Origin: Candidatus Woesearchaeota archaeon
Lineage (GTDB): Archaea; Nanobdellota; Nanobdellia; Woesearchaeales; GW2011-AR15
Assembly: GCA_038874655.1 (NCBI GenBank)
Contig: JAVZBY010000002.1
Location: 201,711-265,710 of the forward strand
Reading direction: 5' to 3'
DNA length: 64,000 nucleotides
Both the position numbers and the translations under genes were made by a program. Below are positions 1 to 7,879 of the stretch, piece by piece (position 1 is the stretch's first letter; each line of letters begins with the position of its first letter). The notes under the pieces were generated by a model, which saw nothing but the letters and a program-made list of their open reading frames with translations, had not been told where the DNA came from and did no database searches.

Positions 1-420
1 AAATATAATTTTAGATATTTTGATCATACAGCAGATGCGATGTTTGAAGGCTATGGAAAAACAATTGAGGAAGCATTTTCAAATTGCGCATTAGCAATGT
101 TTAATATTCTTACAGACATAAAAAAAGTAAAGCCATTAAAAAAAATCAATTTCTCAGTTAAAGCAGATAAATATGAAAAATTATTATTTGATTTTTTAGA
201 TGAATTATTGTTTTATTTGGATACAGAGCATTTAATTTTTTCAAAATTTAATATTAAAATATTAGAAAAAGATAACATCTTTTTTTTAAATTGTGATGCG
301 TTTGGAGATGATATAAAAAATTATGAAAGACATGGAGATATAAAAGCACCTACTTACAATGAAATGCTTATAAAAAAGGAAAAAAATAAATGGATTGTAA
401 GAGCAGTTGTAGATATCTAA
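1..420 (+). CDS. Archease (RtcB cofactor), 5'-truncated by the window edge
   Basis: Frame is open from base 1 (KYNFRYFDHTADAMFE) and contains the archease DHTAD motif; C-terminal IKAPTY...VVDI matches the family. Confidence 0.92.
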   Translation, partial: KYNFRYFDHTADAMFEGYGKTIEEAFSNCALAMFNILTDIKKVKPLKKINFSVKADKYEKLLFDFLDELLFYLDTEHLIFSKFNIKILEKDNIFFLNCDAFGDDIKNYERHGDIKAPTYNEMLIKKEKNKWIVRAVVDI

Positions 421-480
421 TCATTTTATTGTTTTAAGGATATAAACAATTTTATAAACAACCCAATTTTTCTAAAAACT

Positions 481-1164
481 ATGGTACATGTAATTATGGC
501 AAACTATAATCAAAACCCAAACATAGGTTTATTTTGTTATGCTAATGATAACTATTGTTTGGTTCCAAACAATTTCCCAAAAGCTCTTAAAAAAGAGTTT
601 CAAGATATATTAAAAGTACCAGTATATGAAATAAATGCAGCAGGCACACCATTGTTAGGTGTTTTTTTTAATGGAAATAATGACATTTTATTTGTGCCAG
701 AAATAATGTTTGAATCAGAGTTAAAAGAATTAGAAAAATTAAATATAAAATATAAAATAATAAATTCAGAATTAACAGCATTAGGAAATAATTTTCTTTT
801 TTTGGGAAATAATGTATTAGCTAATCCTGATTATAAAGATTCTTTATTGAAAGATTTAGAAAAGAACTTTAACTTAAAAATAAAAAAAGCTAGAATATCT
901 GAATTAAATATTGTAGGTTCGTTGGCAAAAGGAAACAATAAAGGTTTATTAGTTAGCCCAGATATAAAAGAATTTGAATTAAAATTTTTAAATGACTTTT
1001 TAAAAAAAGAATCACTAAACCTAAAAATTACAAAAGGCACACTTAACTTTGGTTCACCTTACATAAGCAGTGCTTTATTATGCAATTCTAATGGTTTTAT
1101 AGTAGGTGATATTTCCACAGGAGTTGAAATTCAAAATGCAGATGAAGCATTAGGATTTATTTGA
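481..1164 (+). CDS. eif6: Translation initiation factor 6 (aIF6)
   Basis: NPNIGLF start, repeated beta-beta-alpha units, GTLNFGSPYI and STGVEI...ALGF end; size typical. Confidence 0.9.
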   Translation: MVHVIMANYNQNPNIGLFCYANDNYCLVPNNFPKALKKEFQDILKVPVYEINAAGTPLLGVFFNGNNDILFVPEIMFESELKELEKLNIKYKIINSELTALGNNFLFLGNNVLANPDYKDSLLKDLEKNFNLKIKKARISELNIVGSLAKGNNKGLLVSPDIKEFELKFLNDFLKKESLNLKITKGTLNFGSPYISSALLCNSNGFIVGDISTGVEIQNADEALGFI

Positions 1165-1220
1165 TATATAAATGATAAAAATAAATTTTAAATAAATAAA
1201 AATATTGAATTTTAAAAAAA

Positions 1221-2207
1221 ATGTCAAAACTTAAAATTTTTACAGGAACAGCACATCCAGAATTAGCTAAAAAAATTTGTAATTACTTAAATGTGCCTTT
1301 ATCAGAAATGATTATAAAAAGATTTCCAGATTCTGAAATTTATGTAAAATCAAAAGAAGTTGTTAGGGGAGATGAAATTTTCATTATACAACCAACTAGT
1401 AATCCAGTTAATGAAAATCTTATGGAATTACTTATTATGATAGATGCTTTTAAGAGAAGCTCAGTTGGAAAAATAAATGTTGTTATGCCTTATTTTGGTT
1501 ATGCAAGACAAGATAGAAGAGCCTCTGCAAGAGAACCAATAACAGCAAAATTAATTGCAAATTTATTAACAAAAGCAGGTGCAGATAGAATTATAACTAT
1601 TGATTTACATAGCCCTCAGATAGTTGGTTTTTTTGATATTGATGTTGACCATTTTGAAGCATATCCTTTATTTGCACAATACATAGTAAATAACTTTTCA
1701 AAAGAAGATTTAAATAACTTAGTGGCAGTAGCTTCTGATGCTGGATTTGTTAAAAAAACAAGAAAGTTTGCTAAATTATTAGATTGTCCTTTAGCAATTA
1801 TAGATAAAAGAAGACAATATCATAGTGAAGTTGATATTGTAAATGTCATTGGAGAAGTTGAAAATAAAATATGTATTTTATTGGATGATATGATAGACAC
1901 AGCAAACACAATTTCTGGAGGAGCAAACGCATTAATAGAAAAAGGAGCAAAAGAGGTTTATATATTTGCAACACATGCTGTTTTAAGCAATGATGCAGTA
2001 GAAAAATTAAAAAATTGTAAAGCAAAAGAGATTATCTTAACAGATACAATTCCTATTCCAAAAGAAAAGATGTTTGATAAATTAAAAATTTATTCTTTAG
2101 CTGAGATTCTAGCACAAGTTATAGAAAGAATTCATGATAAAAAATCATTAGGAGAATTATTTTCATGGGAGGAGAAAGTAGATGTCGCAAGTAAAAGAGA
2201 AGAATAA
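1221..2207 (+). CDS. prs: Ribose-phosphate pyrophosphokinase (class I-like)
   Basis: FPDSEIYV, PYFGYARQDRR, DLHSPQIVGFF, PRPP-binding LLDDMIDTANT, ATHAVLS. Confidence 0.95.
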   Translation: MSKLKIFTGTAHPELAKKICNYLNVPLSEMIIKRFPDSEIYVKSKEVVRGDEIFIIQPTSNPVNENLMELLIMIDAFKRSSVGKINVVMPYFGYARQDRRASAREPITAKLIANLLTKAGADRIITIDLHSPQIVGFFDIDVDHFEAYPLFAQYIVNNFSKEDLNNLVAVASDAGFVKKTRKFAKLLDCPLAIIDKRRQYHSEVDIVNVIGEVENKICILLDDMIDTANTISGGANALIEKGAKEVYIFATHAVLSNDAVEKLKNCKAKEIILTDTIPIPKEKMFDKLKIYSLAEILAQVIERIHDKKSLGELFSWEEKVDVASKREE

Positions 2208-2625
2208 AAAAATAATTACAAAAGAACAAGAATTAGAGCAAGAAAAAAAGGAAAAATATTATGAGCTAAGACAATTAAACGAAAATATAAAAGAATTACA
2301 TGAACACATAGAAAGGATGGAAGAACAAATAACAGAATTAAAAGCCAATAAAGTCATCTTAAAAAAATTTTCTGAATTAAAACCAGGAAAAGAATTAAGA
2401 GTTCCATTAGCTAGTGGCATTTACATAATAGCAGAATTAAAAGACACAAGCAAAGTGATGATAAATGTTGGTTCTGACATTACAGTTGAAAAAAAACCAG
2501 AAGAAGTAATAGAAATATTAGAAACTCAAGTTAAAGAATTAGTTGATTATAGAAAGACCTTAGTGGAAAAGATAAAATCAATGATAGAAAGAGCCGAGGA
2601 ATTACAAAGCTATTTACAAGAATGA
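2182..2625 (+). CDS. pfdA: Prefoldin subunit alpha
   Basis: Two coiled coils flanking ELRVPLASGIYIIAEL...VMINVGSDITVEK; conserved position between eif6 and ftsY. Confidence 0.9.
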   Translation: MSQVKEKNKKIITKEQELEQEKKEKYYELRQLNENIKELHEHIERMEEQITELKANKVILKKFSELKPGKELRVPLASGIYIIAELKDTSKVMINVGSDITVEKKPEEVIEILETQVKELVDYRKTLVEKIKSMIERAEELQSYLQE

Positions 2626-2667
2626 TTATTAAATAATTTTTTATATAATTTTATTTCTAAACCTAAA

Positions 2668-3141
2668 ATGAAATTAGTTTTAGGTTATTTTAATGATTTT
2701 AATTCAGAAGGCTATTTATTAGAATTATATCATTCTAATGATCCTATTATCAAATTTTTATTAACTTTAAAAAAAGATAATTTTGCAATATATGGGCTTT
2801 ATAATCAGAAGGTCTTATTGATTCCAGATTTAAGCGAATTAAGAAATATTTTATGTGAAAAAACCAGAAGTTTTTCTAAATTAGAAAGATCAGGCTTAAA
2901 TAATTTAGAAAGAGCCGTAAATGGTAACTATAAATTGGAGCAAATAATTAGGTTAGTCTCTTATAATGAACTTTTATGTATTTTTCCTCTTCCTGGAGGG
3001 GGGTTAATTAATTTAAAAGGAATCTACTCAAATCCATACATCTTTAATATTTACTATTTAGTAAATGGCCTTACACAAAATCAAATATCTTTTTCAAAAG
3101 ATTGGTTTCCTCATTTTTTTAAGAATACGAATGTTAGTTAG
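2668..3141 (+). CDS. Hypothetical protein
   Basis: 157-aa ORF filling the pfdA-ftsY gap with its own TATA-like box upstream; no motif recognised. Confidence 0.65.
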   Translation: MKLVLGYFNDFNSEGYLLELYHSNDPIIKFLLTLKKDNFAIYGLYNQKVLLIPDLSELRNILCEKTRSFSKLERSGLNNLERAVNGNYKLEQIIRLVSYNELLCIFPLPGGGLINLKGIYSNPYIFNIYYLVNGLTQNQISFSKDWFPHFFKNTNVS

Positions 3142-3207
3142 TAATCAAAGTATTTTATTAAAGGTTTAATAGTGAAATTTATAAATGTAAAATTTCTCTT
3201 TTTATGT

Positions 3208-4527
3208 ATGTTTGGATTTTTAAAAAAGAAAATACAGGAGGCAATAAACTCATTTAAAAAAGTAGATGCAACAGAAGAAAATATAGATCAAAAAGATAAG
3301 AAAGAACAGGAAAAAGAACTAAAAAAAGATATAGAAAAAAAAGAAAAAAAGCAAGAGACAGAAAAAAAAGAGACTAGAATTATTGAACATAGAAACTTAG
3401 AAAAAGAGTTTAAAGAAAAAACTTTTATTGAAACAAAAGAAAATAAAGAGAAAGAGTCTCAAAATGAAGATTTAAAGAAAGTTCATCAAGAGCAAAAAAA
3501 AGTAAAACTAGAGCAAACTAAAGCAACAAAAGAAACATTAAAAGAAGAATTTAAAGAAAAAGAAAAACAAAAAAAACAGCAAAGAGAAATAGAAAAAAAA
3601 ATTCAGGAGAAAGATATTCAAGAGCAAGAAAAACAACAAAAAAAAGGAATTTTTGATAAAATAGGTGAATTTTTTTCTACAACAACAATTTCAGAACAAA
3701 AATTTGAAGAAATCTTTTATGATTTAGAAATTGGGTTATTAGAGAATAATGTTGCACTAGAAGTAATTGACAAGATAAAACAAGATTTAAAAACTGAATT
3801 AGTTAATAAAAAGCTTCCAAAAGGGAATATTGATAAAAAAGTTATAGATGCATTAAAAAATTCTATAGAATCTTTGTTTGATGTAGATCAAATTAATTTA
3901 GTTGAAAAAATAAAAGAAAAGAAACAAAAAACAGGAAATCCTTATATTATTTTGATGATTGGAATTAATGGTTCTGGGAAAACAACTACAATAGCAAAAC
4001 TTGTAAATCTTTTTAAGAAAAATAATTTAACTTGTGTTATCGGTGCTTGTGATACTTTTAGAGCTGCTGCAATTCAACAATTAGAAGAGCATGCAAATAA
4101 ATTAAATGTAAAATTAATAAAACATGATTATGGTTCTGATCCAGCAGCAGTTGCTTTTGACACAGTGCAACATGCCAAAGCAAAAAATATAGATGTTGTT
4201 TTAATAGATACTGCAGGTAGATTACATTCAAATGCTAATTTAATGGCAGAACTAGAAAAAATTATAAGAGTTGTAAAACCAGATTTCAAATTATTTATTG
4301 GAGAAAGCATAGCAGGTAATGATGTTGTTGAACAAGTTAAACTATTTAATGAAAAATCAGGTATAGATGGAATAATCTTATCAAAAGCAGATATTGATGA
4401 AAAAGGAGGAGCTGCTATTTCAGTTTCTTATATTACAGGGAAACCAATCCTTTATTTAGGAATAGGACAAAATTATGATGACTTAATAGAATTTAATAAA
4501 GAAAAAATAATTGAACAAATATTTTAA
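3208..4527 (+). CDS. ftsY: SRP receptor FtsY
   Basis: GINGSGKTTTIAKL, DTFRAAAIQQL, DTAGRLH, KADIDEKGG; charged N-terminal domain. Start moved to ATG 3208 (MFGFLKKK), 22 nt after TTTATAAA at 3178-3185. Confidence 0.96.
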   Translation: MFGFLKKKIQEAINSFKKVDATEENIDQKDKKEQEKELKKDIEKKEKKQETEKKETRIIEHRNLEKEFKEKTFIETKENKEKESQNEDLKKVHQEQKKVKLEQTKATKETLKEEFKEKEKQKKQQREIEKKIQEKDIQEQEKQQKKGIFDKIGEFFSTTTISEQKFEEIFYDLEIGLLENNVALEVIDKIKQDLKTELVNKKLPKGNIDKKVIDALKNSIESLFDVDQINLVEKIKEKKQKTGNPYIILMIGINGSGKTTTIAKLVNLFKKNNLTCVIGACDTFRAAAIQQLEEHANKLNVKLIKHDYGSDPAAVAFDTVQHAKAKNIDVVLIDTAGRLHSNANLMAELEKIIRVVKPDFKLFIGESIAGNDVVEQVKLFNEKSGIDGIILSKADIDEKGGAAISVSYITGKPILYLGIGQNYDDLIEFNKEKIIEQIF

Positions 4528-4553
4528 AAATTTCTAATATTATAAAAAAGTGT

Positions 4554-5069
4554 TTAAAAAAAGATTACACTTAATATAACCATCAATAAAACAAATCCTA
4601 TTAAAATAAAAAATAAGATAGGGTTTGTAAAAATAGAGCTATACTCTTCATAAATTTTATTTAAACTATTAATAATGTCAGTTTGAGAGATTATTCCAAT
4701 AACTTCATTTTTTTCATTTAAAACAACCAATTTTCTAACTTTGTGTTCTTTCATAGTATTGCCTGCAACAATAATAGGAGCATCAGGATAAATATGTTTT
4801 GGGTTTTTGGACATTATTTGTTCAATCTTTAATTTTTTAGGATCCTTTTCTTTATAAAGAACTTTTTTAACTAAATCTCTCTCTGTTAGAATTCCTACTA
4901 ATCTATCATTTTCTTCTACGATAATAGTACTTATAGAATTTTCAGCCATTAGCTTTATTGCATCATAAACACTCTTCTCTTTAGTTAAAAAAATAACTTT
5001 CTTAGACATTATATCTTTTACTTTTAAATTATTTTTAATGTTAGAAAAATTTTTTAATATTTTTTTCAT
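4554..5069 (-). CDS. Tandem CBS-domain protein with C-terminal transmembrane helix
   Basis: VKDIMS...LVGILTERDLV and IEQIMS...VIGIISQTDII CBS pair; hydrophobic tail ILFFILIGFVLLMVILSVIFF. Confidence 0.88.
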   Translation of the reverse strand: MKKILKNFSNIKNNLKVKDIMSKKVIFLTKEKSVYDAIKLMAENSISTIIVEENDRLVGILTERDLVKKVLYKEKDPKKLKIEQIMSKNPKHIYPDAPIIVAGNTMKEHKVRKLVVLNEKNEVIGIISQTDIINSLNKIYEEYSSIFTNPILFFILIGFVLLMVILSVIFF

Positions 5070-5093
5070 TTTATAATGAATTTTGTTTTTTAT

Positions 5094-5441
5094 TTAAAAT
5101 GCACTAAACTCATCTAAGCTTTTTAATAGACCTTTTCTTTTTAATAATTGTATTTGACTTTTTGTATATTTAAAAATAATATCTCCTTTTTCATCTTTCT
5201 CTAATTCCCATGGTTCAATTAAAACAATATCTCCTTCTCTAACCCATAGTGTTCTTTTTAATCTTCCAGGGATTCTACAATTTCTTGTTTTTCCATCTAA
5301 GCATCTAACATAACATCTAGAGCCTCCTAGTCTTCTATCTAAAACACCAATAACTTGATTACCTTTTGGTAGTTTTATTCTTCTGAGCTCTTCTTGCTCT
5401 TGCATTATTCTTTCTTGCTCTTCTCTTTCTTTTTTATTCAT
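5094..5441 (-). CDS. eif1a: Translation initiation factor 1A (aIF1A)
   Basis: LGGSRCYVRCLDGKTRNCRIPGRLKRTLWVREGDIVLIEPWE...KGDIIFKY. Confidence 0.96.
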   Translation of the reverse strand: MNKKEREEQERIMQEQEELRRIKLPKGNQVIGVLDRRLGGSRCYVRCLDGKTRNCRIPGRLKRTLWVREGDIVLIEPWELEKDEKGDIIFKYTKSQIQLLKRKGLLKSLDEFSAF

Positions 5442-5573
5442 TAATTTAAAGAAAAGAGCACTATTATATAAATGTTATTAGTTATGTTTTTTATATTATG
5501 TTTAGAAAGATAATAAAAAAACTTAAAGAATAATCATAAAATATTTATATTTAAAGCACTAAACAAAAAATTA

Positions 5574-6071
5574 ATGTTATATCTTCAAAGGCAATTTTTT
5601 AATTTTAAAATAACAAAACAAGATATTTTACTATATAAATCTCTTTTTTTAACATTTTTAGGGTTTTTATTATTTTTATTAGCAATAGTCAATAAAATAT
5701 TTTTTTTAAATAAAATTTACAAATCAAATTTTTTTATTGCTCTAGAAAATTATTATGTATTGTTTATTATGTCAGGTTTATTTCTTTTGATACTTGGCTT
5801 AATAATGCTATTTGTATGGAATTTTCGTAATAAATTACCTTATCAATCAAATTACACTTCTATGAATAAGCAAGTAATTAAAAAAGCAACCTTTTCAATT
5901 TATTTAATCACAGGTGTTTTTTTTGTTATGATGGGTTTTATTTTTTTATTTTTATTAAGATATAATAAAATAATTAAATTTCTCGCAATGGCTTTAAGCT
6001 TCACAGGCATATTTTTATTAATTATAGGGCTTTACCTTTTTTTGAAGTATATTTTTTTTCAAACGAGTTAA
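5574..6071 (+). CDS. Hypothetical membrane protein (about 4 TM helices)
   Basis: Four hydrophobic segments; 3' end overlaps the convergent RNase H gene by 50 nt. Confidence 0.65.
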   Translation: MLYLQRQFFNFKITKQDILLYKSLFLTFLGFLLFLLAIVNKIFFLNKIYKSNFFIALENYYVLFIMSGLFLLILGLIMLFVWNFRNKLPYQSNYTSMNKQVIKKATFSIYLITGVFFVMMGFIFLFLLRYNKIIKFLAMALSFTGIFLLIIGLYLFLKYIFFQTS

Positions 6072-6876
6072 GAAATTCAACCACATTTGAAAATTTTAAT
6101 TTTACAAAATCTTCAAAATTTAATGTCTTTTTTTTAATTTCTAATAATCCATTTTCAACATTAGAGCTTCCTAAGGGGATAAAAAATCCTGCTTTTTTTT
6201 CTAACTCTCTTATTTGTAATAATGCATAATATCTAGCTAATATTGAAGCTGCAGCAACTTCTAAGTATTTGGATTCTGCTTCTTTTTCTCTTATATCCCC
6301 CACAGAACAATTAGGATATAAATCAACAACATGTGTTATTTTACTATTTTTTGCTAATTTTTTATAGCATTTTTCATGTAATAAATCTAAAATTTCAGTC
6401 ATATTATATCTTAAATTTAGTTTATTAAACTCCTTTGGAAAAACACTTTCAACATGGTAATTGCTTGGAAACTTTTCTATTAAAACTTGTGCAATTCTAG
6501 TTATATCAGGATTTAATAATCTTTTAGAATCTTTAACACCAATTTCTTTTAATTGTTCTCTTATTTCATCATCAGCTTTAAAACCAGCAACAACAATCCC
6601 TCCAAAAGTATCTCCTTTTAAGCTTTCATCACTCCCTATAACTTCTCCTGAAATTTTTTTAGTGGGCTTATCTAAAATTTTTCTTATTAGTTCTTCTGCT
6701 TCAGTTATCCTGTTTTTTCTTCCTTGAATCTGTAAATTTCCATTTTTGTATAAAATTAAAGTAGCGTTTTTTCTATATCTTACAATCTCTTTACTTGATT
6801 TTGGTTCTCTTTTTTCATAACCATAATTTTTTAATTTTTCTAAATCTTTTTCAGTTACATGCTCTATTAAAACCAT
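6022..6876 (-). CDS. rnhC: Ribonuclease HIII (type 2 RNase H with N-terminal TBP-like domain)
   Basis: IGSDESLKGDTFGGIVVAG, GVKDSKRL, AESKYLEVAAASILAR, preceded by about 70 aa ending ATLILYKNGNLQIQG as in RNase HIII. Start may be GTG 6885. Confidence 0.8.
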   Translation of the reverse strand: MVLIEHVTEKDLEKLKNYGYEKREPKSSKEIVRYRKNATLILYKNGNLQIQGRKNRITEAEELIRKILDKPTKKISGEVIGSDESLKGDTFGGIVVAGFKADDEIREQLKEIGVKDSKRLLNPDITRIAQVLIEKFPSNYHVESVFPKEFNKLNLRYNMTEILDLLHEKCYKKLAKNSKITHVVDLYPNCSVGDIREKEAESKYLEVAAASILARYYALLQIRELEKKAGFFIPLGSSNVENGLLEIKKKTLNFEDFVKLKFSNVVEFLNSFEKKYTSKKGKAL

Positions 6877-6885
6877 TTTAACCAC

Positions 6886-7368
6886 TTATTCAGTATTTTC
6901 AATCTTTTTAAAATTTTGATCAACAGCAATTAAATACTCTTTTACTCTTTCAGATATGCTTGAGAGCATAAATTTTTCAATTTTTTCATTATAAATACTT
7001 AATAAATCTGAAAATTCAGATATTCTATAATCATTTTTAACTTTTTCTACTAACAAAGAATTTCTTAATTGTCTAATTTGTCTTCTAATATTGGAGGCAG
7101 CAGTTCCATTTAAATCCAAATTTTCTTGTTTTCTAAGATTAATTACTTCCTCCCTAATCTCTTCTGAGGATAATTTTTTGTTTTCTTTTTTTGCTTCTAA
7201 AAGAACATATAATATATCTACAATTATATCTCTTGAATCACCAGGGTTAAGTAATCCTAAACTTAAACATAATTTTCTAACTAATTCTCTTTTTTTTAAA
7301 TTGTAGGGTTTTTCATATCTTCTTAGGGTTATTTCAGATAAAGGTGTGTCAATTGATTTTTTTTGCAT
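6886..7368 (-). CDS. Putative winged-helix DNA-binding protein
   Basis: LSSEEI...AASNIRRQIRQLRNSLLVEKVKNDYRI resembles a recognition helix plus wing. Confidence 0.65.
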   Translation of the reverse strand: MQKKSIDTPLSEITLRRYEKPYNLKKRELVRKLCLSLGLLNPGDSRDIIVDILYVLLEAKKENKKLSSEEIREEVINLRKQENLDLNGTAASNIRRQIRQLRNSLLVEKVKNDYRISEFSDLLSIYNEKIEKFMLSSISERVKEYLIAVDQNFKKIENTE

Positions 7369-7728
7369 TTTTTACATATTTTTTTATTATTTATTAAATT
7401 TTTTAATTTTATTTTTTAAAATTTTATTATTTATTACACTTTTTTATAGATTATACAAAATCTAAGTCTTTTTATAGTTTTCTTTTTTTATTATACTAAT
7501 GCTAATCTCAAAAACTAGAATCTTACTTACTCTATTTAAAAGAGTATACAATAAACCATACTATTTTTCAAATTTGTTTTTTTTATTTATAAATTATTGT
7601 TTTTATGCTAATGAAAAAATATTTTTTGGTTTTTTTATCACTATTATGTTGTGAATGTCTAAAAAACCTAAAATTATGCTTTTTAAGCCTTAAAAATCAA
7701 TTTTTTTAATTTTATCTAGGATAATTGG

Positions 7729-7743
7729 CGAAAACTTTATAAA
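7729..7743 (+). promoter_or_regulatory. BRE plus TATA promoter of the S-layer gene
   Basis: CGAAAAC-TTTATAAA matches the archaeal BRE/TATA consensus about 135 nt upstream of the ATG; SD GGAGGTG at 7867-7873. Confidence 0.6.
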
Positions 7744-7879
7744 GGAATCAAAACACACAAGTATTAAGTAATTGAAAAATAAATGATATTTATAGAGATA
7801 ACAGAGTTTTGTTTATAGAAACAAGGAGAAAATACATTAATACTGCCTAAAAATAATATAAAACACGGAGGTGTTATTA

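Noticed and set aside
3260-3650. K/E/Q-rich low-complexity region in FtsY
   Set aside because: Variable charged N-terminal domains are normal for FtsY.
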